Assembly (NCBI GenBank): GCA_964438025.1
Contig: CAYTIK010000001.1
Span: forward strand, 47,557 to 101,584
Reading direction: 5' to 3'
DNA: 54,028 nucleotides
From: an uncultured Bdellovibrionales bacterium
GTDB lineage: Bacteria > Patescibacteriota > Minisyncoccia > Moranbacterales > UBA2206
A program made the position numbers and the translations under genes. How positions within the stretch are numbered: position 1 is the stretch's first letter; each line of letters starts with the position of its first letter. Positions 18,525-28,227 of this stretch are shown here, in pieces. Below the pieces are notes generated by a model. That model did no database searches. It saw only the letters and a list, made by a program, of their open reading frames with translations, and was not told where the DNA came from.

Positions 18525-20030
18525 TTATACAGATTGGCATGTCTCTTTAAAATCTTTTATTGCCTTCTCTAGTTTTCCCACAATATCTTCCGTCAATTCT
18601 TTCTTTTCGGCCAGTTCCTGCATAATTTTTTTCTGTTGAGTATTCAGATATTTATGAAAATCGGCTTCCCATTTCCGGATTTTTTCTACCGCCACTTCAT
18701 CCACAAAACTATTAGTCAGAGCATATAATATCGCTATTTGATTTTCCACCGACATCGGCTCATATTGGTTTTGTTTCAAAATTTCCACTGTCCGTTTGCC
18801 TCTTTCAATCTGCTTGCGCGTCGCTTCGTCCAGATCCGATCCGAATTGCGCGAAAGCTTCCAATTCTCTATATTGCGCCAAATCCAAGCGCAACTTGCCC
18901 GCTACTTTTTTCATAGCCTTATTTTGCGCCGAAGAACCGACGCGCGAAACTGACAGACCGACATTTAAAGCCGGACGCACACCCTTATAAAATAAATCAG
19001 ATTCGAGGTATATTTGTCCGTCCGTGATAGAAATCACATTGGTCGGAATGTAAGCCGAAACATCGCCGGCTTGCGTTTCAATGATTGGTAAAGCCGTGAT
19101 GGAACCGCCGCCGTATTCTTCGCTTAAGCGCGCCGATCTTTCCAGAAGCCTTGAGTGCAGATAAAAAATATCTCCGGGATAAGCTTCGCGTCCCGGCGGT
19201 CGGCGCAGAATCAAAGAAATCTGGCGGTAAGCCCAAGCATGCTTGCTTAAATCATCGTAAATAATCAAAACGTCTTTGCCTTGGTCCATAAAATATTCGC
19301 CCATGGCACAGCCGGCATACGGCGCGATAAAAGACAACGCCGCCGGATCGGAAGCGCCGGCAATGACTATAATAGTATGTTCCATGGCTCCATTTTTTTC
19401 CAATTCTGCTCTAATTCTGGCAATGCGGGATTCTTTCTGGCCGATGGCGACATAAATACAAATTAAATCTTTACCTTTTTGGTTAATTATGGCATCAATC
19501 GCGATGGCCGTTTTTCCGGTCTGCCGATCGCCAATGATCAATTCCCGCTGTCCGCGGCCAATCGGAATGATGGCATCAATGGCCTTGATACCGGTTTGTA
19601 CCGGCACGCTCACAGATTTTCGGGAAATAACTCCCGGTGCGATTTTTTCCACCGGATAAAATTTATCCGATTCTATTTTCCCTTTGCCGTCGAGCGCTTC
19701 TCCCAAAGGACTAACTACCCGGCCGATCAATTTTTCTCCGACCGGCACCGATAAAATTTTTCCGGTGGATTTAACCGTGTCGCCTTCTTTGATATTTTCG
19801 AAAGCGCCCAAAATCATCGCTCCAATTTGTCCTTCTTCCAAATTGAGCGCCACACCGTAAATTTCCCCCGGAAACTCCACCATTTCCGAAGCCATCACGT
19901 CGGACAATCCTGATATCTTAGCCACGCCGTCCCCGACTTCCAAAACCGTTCCAACTTTTTCGGTTGTCGTCGTGGTTTCAAAATTCTCAATCTGTTTTTT
20001 GAGTTGCTCGATTATGTAATCCTTATTCAT
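18525..20030 (-). CDS. atpA: F1 ATP synthase alpha subunit
   Basis: Walker A GDRQTGKT; 501 aa. Confidence 0.97.
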   Translation of the reverse strand: MNKDYIIEQLKKQIENFETTTTTEKVGTVLEVGDGVAKISGLSDVMASEMVEFPGEIYGVALNLEEGQIGAMILGAFENIKEGDTVKSTGKILSVPVGEKLIGRVVSPLGEALDGKGKIESDKFYPVEKIAPGVISRKSVSVPVQTGIKAIDAIIPIGRGQRELIIGDRQTGKTAIAIDAIINQKGKDLICIYVAIGQKESRIARIRAELEKNGAMEHTIIVIAGASDPAALSFIAPYAGCAMGEYFMDQGKDVLIIYDDLSKHAWAYRQISLILRRPPGREAYPGDIFYLHSRLLERSARLSEEYGGGSITALPIIETQAGDVSAYIPTNVISITDGQIYLESDLFYKGVRPALNVGLSVSRVGSSAQNKAMKKVAGKLRLDLAQYRELEAFAQFGSDLDEATRKQIERGKRTVEILKQNQYEPMSVENQIAILYALTNSFVDEVAVEKIRKWEADFHKYLNTQQKKIMQELAEKKELTEDIVGKLEKAIKDFKETCQSV

Positions 20031-20035
20031 AAAAA

Positions 20036-20472
20036 TTAATTAGATAAATTATTTTTTAACTCTTGTAATTGCCTCAATACACTACTATCCAAAATTTCAT
20101 CTCCGACTCGAATAATGATTCCGCCCTTGACTTTTTCATCAATAATATTATGCAAAATCACTTCCTTAGCCTGACCCGCCTGCTTTGCTACGCGAAGCGT
20201 TGCAGACAGGTATTTTTCTTTGATATATTTACTTACCTTATTACGTAATTCAGTATGTAATTCTTCATGGCTAGTAATCTCCGCTTCCACAATGCCTTTC
20301 TCTTGATTCCAGATTTCACCAAATTTTTATAAATTTTTGGAACTAACTTTAGTTGCCTATTTTTTTGCAAAATTTTCGTTAAATTTAAAACAGCCTCGCC
20401 AATTTCTTTTTGACTCTTATCTACAGTCGCTGCGTATAAACTTTTGGCGTATTGATTGACGGTAATCTTCAT
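20036..20472 (-). CDS. atpH: F1 ATP synthase delta subunit, split into two frames at an A5T3 run
   Basis: ORFs 20233-20472 and 20036-20290 together make a delta subunit (...[13 protein letters not shown]...[16 protein letters not shown]). The frames meet at plus-strand aaattttt, 20321-20328. Confidence 0.7.
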
Positions 20473-20591
20473 ATTTATAATTTTTAATTTCCAATTTTTA
20501 ATTTCGAATGAATTTTGAATGTTTTAATTTTAAATTTTTAAACATTTAGTCACTCAATTTTGATTCAAAATTCGAAATTCATAATTCAAAA

Positions 20592-21080
20592 TTATTTAAT
20601 TGCTTTAGCAATTAAATCTCTGTCCCTGCCAGAATCCATCTTCTCCCCGATAATTTTTTCCGTCGCCGACATTATGAGCTCCGCAATTTCCGTCTTGGCT
20701 TCTTTGACGGCTTTATCCTTTTCCTGCTGGATCTGTTTTTTGGCGTCTTCCAAAATTTTACCCGATTGAACTTTCGCCGTTATTTCCAAATCTTTAGCAT
20801 TTTGCAGAGCGGTTTTTTCTGATTGTTGGATAATTTTTTGCGCTTCTTCTCTAGCCTTCTGCAGCACTGCTTTTTCTTTTTTCTCCATCTCGGCTAACTT
20901 TATTTGAGAATTTTCCGCATCCTGGATGCCTTTTTCAATTTTGGAACTTCTGTCGTTAAGCGTCTTAAGAATCGGTTTGTAAGCGAATTTCCACAGCACG
21001 AATAAAACTATCCCAAAATTCACGGCTTGCGCGATAATTAACTTAATGTCGATGTGAAATGTTTTTATGAGTTCTTCCAT
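20592..21080 (-). CDS. atpF: F0 ATP synthase b subunit
   Basis: N-terminal TM helix followed by a long charged coiled coil; operon position. Confidence 0.85.
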   Translation of the reverse strand: MEELIKTFHIDIKLIIAQAVNFGIVLFVLWKFAYKPILKTLNDRSSKIEKGIQDAENSQIKLAEMEKKEKAVLQKAREEAQKIIQQSEKTALQNAKDLEITAKVQSGKILEDAKKQIQQEKDKAVKEAKTEIAELIMSATEKIIGEKMDSGRDRDLIAKAIK

Positions 21081-21195
21081 AGTTTAAATTGTTAGATGGT
21101 TATATTGTTAAATGGTTTAAAATTTATTTCAGCCATATGACAATTTAGCAATTTAGCCTTTTCTAATTGATTGCTAATGGCCTTAATCTGATCCC

Positions 21196-21211
21196 TCCGC
21201 CAGCTGGCGGA
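21196..21211. repeat. Perfect 16-bp palindrome TCCGCCAGCTGGCGGA between atpE and atpF
   Basis: Read directly. An identical 16-mer is at 53188-53203. Confidence 0.9.
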
Positions 21212-21233
21212 TTGGGACCAAATAAAGTCACTA

Positions 21234-21521
<288 letters not shown>

Positions 21522-21607
21522 TTAACAATGGTTAAATAGCTAGATTGTTAAATGGTTTTTTTAATTTTATCTTAACAATTTAACAATATAACAATTCAAC
21601 AATATAG

Positions 21608-22450
21608 TTAATGATTTTCCGCGTGATCTTGAGTGGCGATGGTCATAAAAACCAATGTCAGCATGGAAAAAATCAAAGCCTGAATAATGCCTACAATGAT
21701 TTCCAAAAAGATAAACGGCAACGGCAAAATGAAAGCGAACAATGCCATCATGGAAGCCAGCAGCACTTCGCCGGCAAAAATATTCCCAAACAACCGGAAA
21801 GACAGCGAAGCTATTTTTGCCACTTCTCCAATCACTTCCACCACTCCCACAAAAGCCTTGATAGGATTGATTAAAATTACCGCCGGATCTTTTTTAATTT
21901 TTTTGGGTATTTCCCAGAAAACTTCCAGATTGATAAATTTATTCAAATGTTTCCAAGCGCCCACCGCGACTACTCCCATAATATGTGAAAGGATGACGGC
22001 AATCAGTGCGATGGCTAAAGTTGTATTGAGATCGGCCGTCCCTCCGCGTAGCAGTGAAACAAAAACATTGTGGCCATTTCCGCTTTCTATAAATCCGATT
22101 GTGCCGATACCGGGCAAAAGTCCCAGCCAATTATTCACTAAAACGAAAAGGAATAGTGCCAGCGCTAATGGTAAAAATTTTTCGGTTTTTTTTCGTTCTC
22201 CCGTCACCGAATCGCCCAAGTTTAGCGCGCTTTCCAATAAAAATTCAAAAATGTTTTGGATGCCTCTGGGCACTTTCTTTATTTTTTTTCCGATTAAAAT
22301 AAAAAGGGTTACGAGGATGATGACCGTAACCCAACTGGTAATGAGCGAATTGGTGATGGTGAATTTTCCGATTTCCATAATCGGTTCCGCGAAGAGAGTC
22401 GCTTCGTGAGAAATTTCCGTTGACGCTAAATTGTTATTATCTTCGGTCAT
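21608..22450 (-). CDS. atpB: F0 ATP synthase a subunit
   Basis: SLSFRLFGNIFAGE motif with the essential Arg. Confidence 0.92.
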   Translation of the reverse strand: MTEDNNNLASTEISHEATLFAEPIMEIGKFTITNSLITSWVTVIILVTLFILIGKKIKKVPRGIQNIFEFLLESALNLGDSVTGERKKTEKFLPLALALFLFVLVNNWLGLLPGIGTIGFIESGNGHNVFVSLLRGGTADLNTTLAIALIAVILSHIMGVVAVGAWKHLNKFINLEVFWEIPKKIKKDPAVILINPIKAFVGVVEVIGEVAKIASLSFRLFGNIFAGEVLLASMMALFAFILPLPFIFLEIIVGIIQALIFSMLTLVFMTIATQDHAENH

Positions 22451-22730
22451 ATTTAATTGCTTCCAAATCTTTAGCTTTTTTTAATCTAGCTTCCTTTTCA
22501 ATATCTTTCATGGCTTTTAAGGCATCACGCACTATGCCGAACATCGACAAGATAAACGCAACTCCGACTGATAGTAGAAATAACCAAGGTTCCGTGCCAT
22601 ATTTCCGATCTAGCCACTTTCCGACAAACACTCCCATGATAACGGGGATTCCGATCCAGCCACTCAATCTACAAAAAAGAAATATACCCGGTTGCCACCA
22701 GGGATTATTTTTTCCGCCGTTGCTTTCCAT
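22437..22730 (-). CDS. AtpZ/AtpI-like small membrane protein heading the atp operon
   Basis: Two TM helices; overlaps the atpB start; position typical of AtpZ/AtpI. Confidence 0.65.
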   Translation of the reverse strand: MESNGGKNNPWWQPGIFLFCRLSGWIGIPVIMGVFVGKWLDRKYGTEPWLFLLSVGVAFILSMFGIVRDALKAMKDIEKEARLKKAKDLEAIKYDRR

Positions 22731-22787
22731 AAAAATATTATTTTGTACCCCAGTTATTATTTTCTACTAGGATTTAAAAAAAGTCAA

Positions 22788-22852
22788 CCCCGCACTAACT
22801 TTTTACCTTTTTTATTTTTTGCGCTTTGGCGCAGTAAAAAGTTAGTGCGGGG
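22788..22852. mobile_element. ORF-less 65-bp derivative of the GIY-YIG element (TIRs only)
   Basis: CCCCGCACTAACTTTTT (22788-22804) and AAAAAGTTAGTGCGGGG (22836-22852) are 17/17 complementary. The 31-nt loop has its own TGCGC-tttg-GCGCA hairpin. Confidence 0.75.
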
Positions 22853-22861
22853 CAAGCCCCT

Positions 22862-23728
22862 TCAAAAAACTGGTAAATCAAACAGTTTCTGCGTATTTTG
22901 CGTGGTAATTTCCGCCACTTTTTCCGGAGTTATTTGCTTTATTTTAGCGATTTTTTCAGCGACATAAGCTACATACAGCGGTTCATTGCGCTGCCCTTTA
23001 AAAGGAACGGGAGTTAAGTATGGACAATCGGTTTCCACCAGTATTTTTTCCAAGGGTATTTCTTTTATCAATCGATCAAAACTGTCCGAATACGTGATGA
23101 CTCCATTAAGTCCGATCAAAAATCCCAGTTCGATAAACTTATTTGCCGTCTTATAGCCTCCGATAAAACTATGGATTACTCCTAACTTTTTAACCGGCTT
23201 ATTTTTTAATATCTCATACAGATCGTCATAAGCATCCCAGCAATGGATAATCATAGGTTTTTCTAACTCATTGGCCAGATCAATAAATTCCGCAAAAATT
23301 TCTTTTTGCTTGGTTTTTAGTTTTTCTATGTCATCTTCTGGTTCGAAGTGATGATAATCCAATCCCACTTCCCCAATCGCCACTACTTCTTTATTTTTCG
23401 CCAAGAGGCGATATTTTTCCATATCCATCTCTTCTCCGCTGGTTGTAATTTCCGTTTTTTCCAATTCGTTATTATCTTCATAGGTAAAACTTTTCGCTTG
23501 CAAATGCACTGGGTGCGTTCCGACCGCCGCCCATAACTTCCCAGGATATTCCTTAGCGTATTTGAGCGCCCGGACGCTGGTCGAATATTGCGAACCGACA
23601 TTGATAAAAAAGACGCTTTTGTCGAAAGCTCTTCTTATCACTTCTTCCGCGTCATCCTTAAACGCGCTGAAATTTACATGGGCGTGGGTGTCGATCAACA
23701 TAAACTTTTTATTTTTTTCTATATTCAA
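22862..23728 (-). CDS. tatD: TatD-family metal-dependent hydrolase
   Basis: LIDTHAHV N-terminus, ...GEVGLDY..., ...HCW..., ...ETDCPYL. Confidence 0.9.
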   Translation of the reverse strand: MNIEKNKKFMLIDTHAHVNFSAFKDDAEEVIRRAFDKSVFFINVGSQYSTSVRALKYAKEYPGKLWAAVGTHPVHLQAKSFTYEDNNELEKTEITTSGEEMDMEKYRLLAKNKEVVAIGEVGLDYHHFEPEDDIEKLKTKQKEIFAEFIDLANELEKPMIIHCWDAYDDLYEILKNKPVKKLGVIHSFIGGYKTANKFIELGFLIGLNGVITYSDSFDRLIKEIPLEKILVETDCPYLTPVPFKGQRNEPLYVAYVAEKIAKIKQITPEKVAEITTQNTQKLFDLPVF

Positions 23729-24269
23729 TTCTTTTTTGATAAAGCTTTTCGTTAAAACCTTCCTCTTTCATATGCTTATCCTTAAGAGAAATTATCAATT
23801 TATCAATCAAATAGTTGGACTGATTTATCAAAGTTATCATTAAATTAACCGCCTTTTCTTTTTCCTTAGGAAGATTGGGGAAATCAGGGTTATCAGGTAG
23901 TGCGGGATATTTTTTTATAATAACCCAAATTACTCCCATTTCCCTTATTTCCCCAATGGATTTTTCTTTTGGCCAGATTGGAATTTTATTCTGCCTAGCG
24001 TATGACAAATAATCACCCAGAAGTTCTTCCAATGAACCCCTGGCTACTCCGCAGAGTTTTATATAGCCAGCCAGGCTTTGTTGTTTGTTTCCTTCAGCAA
24101 TATTCTGCATTCCGGAACGAGCCGCTTGAACCATTTGATCAACAGTCCTGGAAAAACGGCTAACATTTTGTTCTGTAAATTGAACGGTCAAATCATAAAT
24201 CGGAACGGTTACTTTGTAAGCTAACAAATATTCATAGCCAGCTTTTTTATTTTGATTTTCGCTTTCCAT
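23709..24269 (-). CDS. Four-helix-bundle protein (23S rRNA intervening-sequence protein family) with suffix domain
   Basis: YKVTVPIYDLTVQF..., MQNIAEGN..., ARGSLEELLGDYLSYARQN pattern. Confidence 0.65.
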   Translation of the reverse strand: MESENQNKKAGYEYLLAYKVTVPIYDLTVQFTEQNVSRFSRTVDQMVQAARSGMQNIAEGNKQQSLAGYIKLCGVARGSLEELLGDYLSYARQNKIPIWPKEKSIGEIREMGVIWVIIKKYPALPDNPDFPNLPKEKEKAVNLMITLINQSNYLIDKLIISLKDKHMKEEGFNEKLYQKRIEYRKK

Positions 24270-25774
24270 TATTTAATGCGTTGAAATAAAATTTCGGTTT
24301 GTTTAGTTTCCAGGGCTTTTTTAATTTTTTCGGCAGTTTCTGGCAAAAAGGGGTTGAGCAAGACAGAATAGAGTGCTAAATGAGAAAACAAATATAATAT
24401 ACTTTCTTTAAATTGTTTATCGTTCTCTTTTAATTCCCATGGTCTATTATTTTCAATATAATCATTCATTTGTTTAATTCCTTTTAAGCTCCAATTACTA
24501 ACAACCTTCCCTGCATCATAATAGCTCCCTTGTGTCCCTAGCCAAATTGCGTAAAATATTTGTTCTAATTTAAATTCAGAAAACATAGATTGATACCATT
24601 CTTTTATGTCTTTTAAATCAATATTTTTTTCTGTGTAATCATCCATTTCTTTAAACAATTCTTCGCTATTCAACTGCAGCTTTTCACTCATTTTTACTAC
24701 CCTTGAAACTAAATTACCTAATCCATTCGCTAAATCTGCGTTATACTTCTCAATCATTCTTTCCATTGTAATATCAATATCCTGTCCGAAAGGACCAGAA
24801 GCAAGCAAGAGATAGCGCGTGCCGTCTGTGCCGAATTTTTCCAACATTTCATCAATGGAAATAACATTGCCGAGAGTCTTGCTCATTTTTTTGCCTCCGG
24901 AAAGGATATGTCCGTGCGTAAAAAGCATTTTGGGCAATGGAATGCCCAAGTGCATCAAAATGGCCGCCCAAATAGTGGCGTGGACACGTAAGATATCTTT
25001 ACCGATTAAATTAACATCTACTGGCCATTGCTTGGGAATATTTTTTAAATCGCCGTCCCAACTGATACCAGTCAGATAATTCAAGAGCGCGTCTATCCAG
25101 ACGTAAGTCGTATGTTCCACATCAAATGGCAACGGTATCCCCCAAGAAAGATTCTTTCTGGAGACAGAAACATCTTTCAAAACCTGATTTTTTAGGAAAG
25201 AAAGTATTTCATTTTTATATTTTTCCGGAGCAATTTTGAACTCGTCTGATTCTATTTTTTTAATTAGATCCTCTTGAATGGAAGTCATTTTCATCAGATA
25301 GCATTCTTCCTGCATAATTTCCGGAGCTATATCGTGATCCGGACATTTTCCGTCCACTAATTCATTTTCATTTTTAAATTGTTCACAACCAACGCAGTAC
25401 AACCCCTCATATTTACCTTTATAAATAGCCCCTTTGTCATAGAGAGTTTGCAAAACTTTTTGGATAGCAGCTTTATGTTTTTTATCTGTCGTTCGGATAA
25501 AATTATCATATTTTATATCCAATTTTTTCCATAAATTCTGAAATTCTCCGGCAATTTCATCCACAAATTCCTGTGGGTCTTTGTTTTGAGCTTCGGCCGC
25601 TTTTTTAATTTTCATCCCATGTTCATCCATGCCGGTCAAAAAGAAAACGTCGTCGCCTTGCAATTTATGAAAACGCGCCAAAACATCCGCTGCGATCGTT
25701 GTATACGCATGCCCAATATGCGGCTTAGCATTGGCGTAATATATAGGAGTAGTGATATAAAACTTATTTGGCAT
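24269..25774 (-). CDS. metG: Methionine--tRNA ligase
   Basis: PHIGHAYT (HIGH), KMSKTLGN, and zinc knuckle CVGCEQF...CPDH. Confidence 0.95.
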   Translation of the reverse strand: MPNKFYITTPIYYANAKPHIGHAYTTIAADVLARFHKLQGDDVFFLTGMDEHGMKIKKAAEAQNKDPQEFVDEIAGEFQNLWKKLDIKYDNFIRTTDKKHKAAIQKVLQTLYDKGAIYKGKYEGLYCVGCEQFKNENELVDGKCPDHDIAPEIMQEECYLMKMTSIQEDLIKKIESDEFKIAPEKYKNEILSFLKNQVLKDVSVSRKNLSWGIPLPFDVEHTTYVWIDALLNYLTGISWDGDLKNIPKQWPVDVNLIGKDILRVHATIWAAILMHLGIPLPKMLFTHGHILSGGKKMSKTLGNVISIDEMLEKFGTDGTRYLLLASGPFGQDIDITMERMIEKYNADLANGLGNLVSRVVKMSEKLQLNSEELFKEMDDYTEKNIDLKDIKEWYQSMFSEFKLEQIFYAIWLGTQGSYYDAGKVVSNWSLKGIKQMNDYIENNRPWELKENDKQFKESILYLFSHLALYSVLLNPFLPETAEKIKKALETKQTEILFQRIK

Positions 25775-25777
25775 TTT

Positions 25778-26449
25778 TTAATATACAATAATTACAAACT
25801 CCCCCTTTATCTTATCTTTATTTTCTCTAAAGTATTTCAAAACTTCATTAACTTTCCCTCGGACAATTTCTTCAAACATTTTGGTTATTTCCCGGCCTAA
25901 AATGACATTTTTTTCTGCGGAGAATTTTCCCAAAAGTTCCAGATTTTTGATGACCCGGTGCGGCGATTCAAAATACATAACCGGAAAATTCAGAGCTAAG
26001 ATTTCTTTAAAAAATTTCTCCCGGCCTTTTTTGTGCGGCGGAAAGCCCCAAAAAGCAAAGTGTTGGAGATCGATTCCCGCGACACTCGCGAGCGCCGTCA
26101 CAGCGGAAACGCCGGGAATCGGAATTACAGCAATGTCTTTTTGAATGGCTAATTCCACCAGAAGATTGCCCGGGTCGGAAATCCCCGGTGTACCGGCATC
26201 CGTCACCAACGCAATATTCTCTCCGGATTCCAAAGCTAGAATTATTTGGTCAAAACGCAATTTTTTGGAATGCTGATGGAAAGAAAGGAGCGGTTTTTTA
26301 ATCTCAAAAAGCACCAGCAGTTTTTGCGTCACGCGCGTATCTTCACAGGCGATGCGGTCAACTCGTTTCAAAGTCTCCAAGGCCCGCAAAGTGATGTCTT
26401 GCCGGTTGCCAATCGGTGTCCCGACAATGTATAATACTCCTGTAGTCAT
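25778..26449 (-). CDS. rsmI: 16S rRNA C1402 2'-O-methyltransferase RsmI
   Basis: LYIVGTPIGNRQDITLRALETLKRVDRIACEDTR. Confidence 0.9.
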   Translation of the reverse strand: MTTGVLYIVGTPIGNRQDITLRALETLKRVDRIACEDTRVTQKLLVLFEIKKPLLSFHQHSKKLRFDQIILALESGENIALVTDAGTPGISDPGNLLVELAIQKDIAVIPIPGVSAVTALASVAGIDLQHFAFWGFPPHKKGREKFFKEILALNFPVMYFESPHRVIKNLELLGKFSAEKNVILGREITKMFEEIVRGKVNEVLKYFRENKDKIKGEFVIIVY

Positions 26450-26515
26450 AAAAATTCTTAAAATAACCTTCTCTTATAAATTTATCAACAATTTAACAAT
26501 TTAGCAATTTAATTT

Positions 26516-26977
26516 ATGATCCTGGCCACTCACGCGCTGGTCGGCGCGGCTTTGGGGAAAAACCTGGAAAATCCTTGGCTCATCATTGTTCTTTGTTCCA
26601 TCGTGCATTTTGCCCTGGACGCTTTCCGCCACGGAGAATATATCGATCACCGCGAAAAATTGAAAAACTTAGGCCGCAATGTCAGTTTGGATTTATTTGT
26701 TGGCGGTTCTATTGTTTTTTCTATTTTATTTTTTCAAGACTGGGAATTGATTACCGTCCGCAATATTTTTTTAGGAATCCTTTTTTGTATGCTACCGGAC
26801 TTCTTGACTCTCATGCATTATAGATTCCCAACTTTCAAAATCCTGCGAAAAATTTACCGCTTCCATCAAAGAGTCCACCCTTACCCACACCCTTCGCAGC
26901 AAACTCAATGGAACCTGCGCAACGCCACTAATGATATCCTATTTTCTTTCATCGCCATCCTCTTCTTAATCTTCTAA
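26516..26977 (+). CDS. Membrane protein, possibly a DUF457/YdjM-like metal-dependent hydrolase
   Basis: Hydrophobic; His/Asp-rich loops; N-terminus resembles that of 45502-45939. Confidence 0.4.
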   Translation: MILATHALVGAALGKNLENPWLIIVLCSIVHFALDAFRHGEYIDHREKLKNLGRNVSLDLFVGGSIVFSILFFQDWELITVRNIFLGILFCMLPDFLTLMHYRFPTFKILRKIYRFHQRVHPYPHPSQQTQWNLRNATNDILFSFIAILFLIF

Positions 26978-27194
26978 CGCTTACGCTAGAACATCTATTC
27001 CGCTCTTAACATAGCAAAAAGCTACAATTTTGAGATGAAGCGAACGTTAAAAAACTTCTCTTTTAGCGTAGCGCTTTGAGAAGTTTTAGTGAGCAAATCC
27101 AAAGTTGTCTTTTTGCGAGTTGGAGCGAGCTTTTCTTTCTCCACTTTCTTTTCTAAAAAGAAAGTGGAAAGATTTTTGCGGAAAGAAAAAATAA

Positions 27195-28223
27195 TTAAAT
27201 CTTTTCCGGTTTTTTCATCAGATCTTCCACCACTACGCCGATAGCGGTCGCAATCGGTATGGACAGAATCACGCCCAAAACCCCTCCCAATTTCAATCCA
27301 ATCAATAAGGCCAGAATAACCGCGATGGGATTAAGGCCTAAAGCTCTTTTCATAATTTGCGGAACAATCACATGATTTTCAAACTGCTGGACGGCAAAAA
27401 CCAACAGTAATACCAGCAAACCAGTCATCGGTGAAACCGTTAAACCTAAGATTATCGCCGGAATAGCGGAAACAATCGGGCCGACATAAGGAATAATCTC
27501 CATGAGTCCCGCAAAAATCGCCAGCGATAAAGCATAAGGCACACCGATAAAATAAAGTCCGATAAAATCTAAAATAAAAATAATTACCATCAACAGCAAC
27601 TGGCTAGTCATCCAATGGCCAATCTTTGTTTTGATCCGGCTAGTAAGAGAAAGGGCGTATTCTTTATGTTTTTCCGGAACGACTAAGGCCACAAAGCTAC
27701 TGATACCATCTTGTTTGACGGCCATATAAAAAACCAGTGCAAAAACCACGATCGTCGAAACAAAACCCGAAAAAACTCCTACTGTTTTAGAAAAAATATT
27801 GCCGGAAATTTCGGAAAAACCGCCGCTTGATTGACCGATCAGCTCTTGGATATTCAGCATAGTGCCTTGAGTTTGAAAATAATCTTTCACTCCTTGCAAG
27901 GATTGTTCGACATTTTGGGAATATTCCGGCAATTTTTGATAAAGATCGCGGAATTGTTCTGTCAGTGGTGGAACTAAAAAAGATATCGATAATCCAATAA
28001 TAGAAAAAAGGAGAAAATAAATAATAATCACTCCTAAAGAACGCGGAATTTTTCGTTCATGCATCCAATTGACCGCCGGCTCAATCCCGGAAACAATTAC
28101 AAGAGAAATAAAAAGCAAGGCAATAATATCTCTGATGAGGAAAAGAAACCAGCAGCCTAAAACTACCAGCAAGATGCGAAAAATTATTCCGATAGAAATT
28201 TCCACGTGAGTTTTTTCCAGCAT
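27195..28223 (-). CDS. AI-2E family transporter (PerM/UPF0118)
   Basis: Eight-helix pattern and the conserved IPYVGP region. Confidence 0.85.
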   Translation of the reverse strand: MLEKTHVEISIGIIFRILLVVLGCWFLFLIRDIIALLFISLVIVSGIEPAVNWMHERKIPRSLGVIIIYFLLFSIIGLSISFLVPPLTEQFRDLYQKLPEYSQNVEQSLQGVKDYFQTQGTMLNIQELIGQSSGGFSEISGNIFSKTVGVFSGFVSTIVVFALVFYMAVKQDGISSFVALVVPEKHKEYALSLTSRIKTKIGHWMTSQLLLMVIIFILDFIGLYFIGVPYALSLAIFAGLMEIIPYVGPIVSAIPAIILGLTVSPMTGLLVLLLVFAVQQFENHVIVPQIMKRALGLNPIAVILALLIGLKLGGVLGVILSIPIATAIGVVVEDLMKKPEKI

Positions 28224-28227
28224 AAAT

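Noticed and set aside
21687-22409. 240-aa plus-strand ORF
   Set aside because: It lies antisense to atpB, which carries the diagnostic a-subunit motif. No start context and no motifs.
22862-22864. Alternative genetic code (UGA recoded, as in some CPR lineages)
   Set aside because: All conserved genes are intact under the standard code. TGA terminates tatD at the expected length, and no in-frame TGA interrupts any conserved gene.
26978-27194. Possible sRNA in the spacer before the AI-2E transporter gene
   Set aside because: It contains hairpins (AAAACTTCTC...GAGAAGTTTT and CCACTTTCTTT...AAAGAAAGTGG) that are adequately explained as convergent or bidirectional terminators. No further repeat or motif was recognised.
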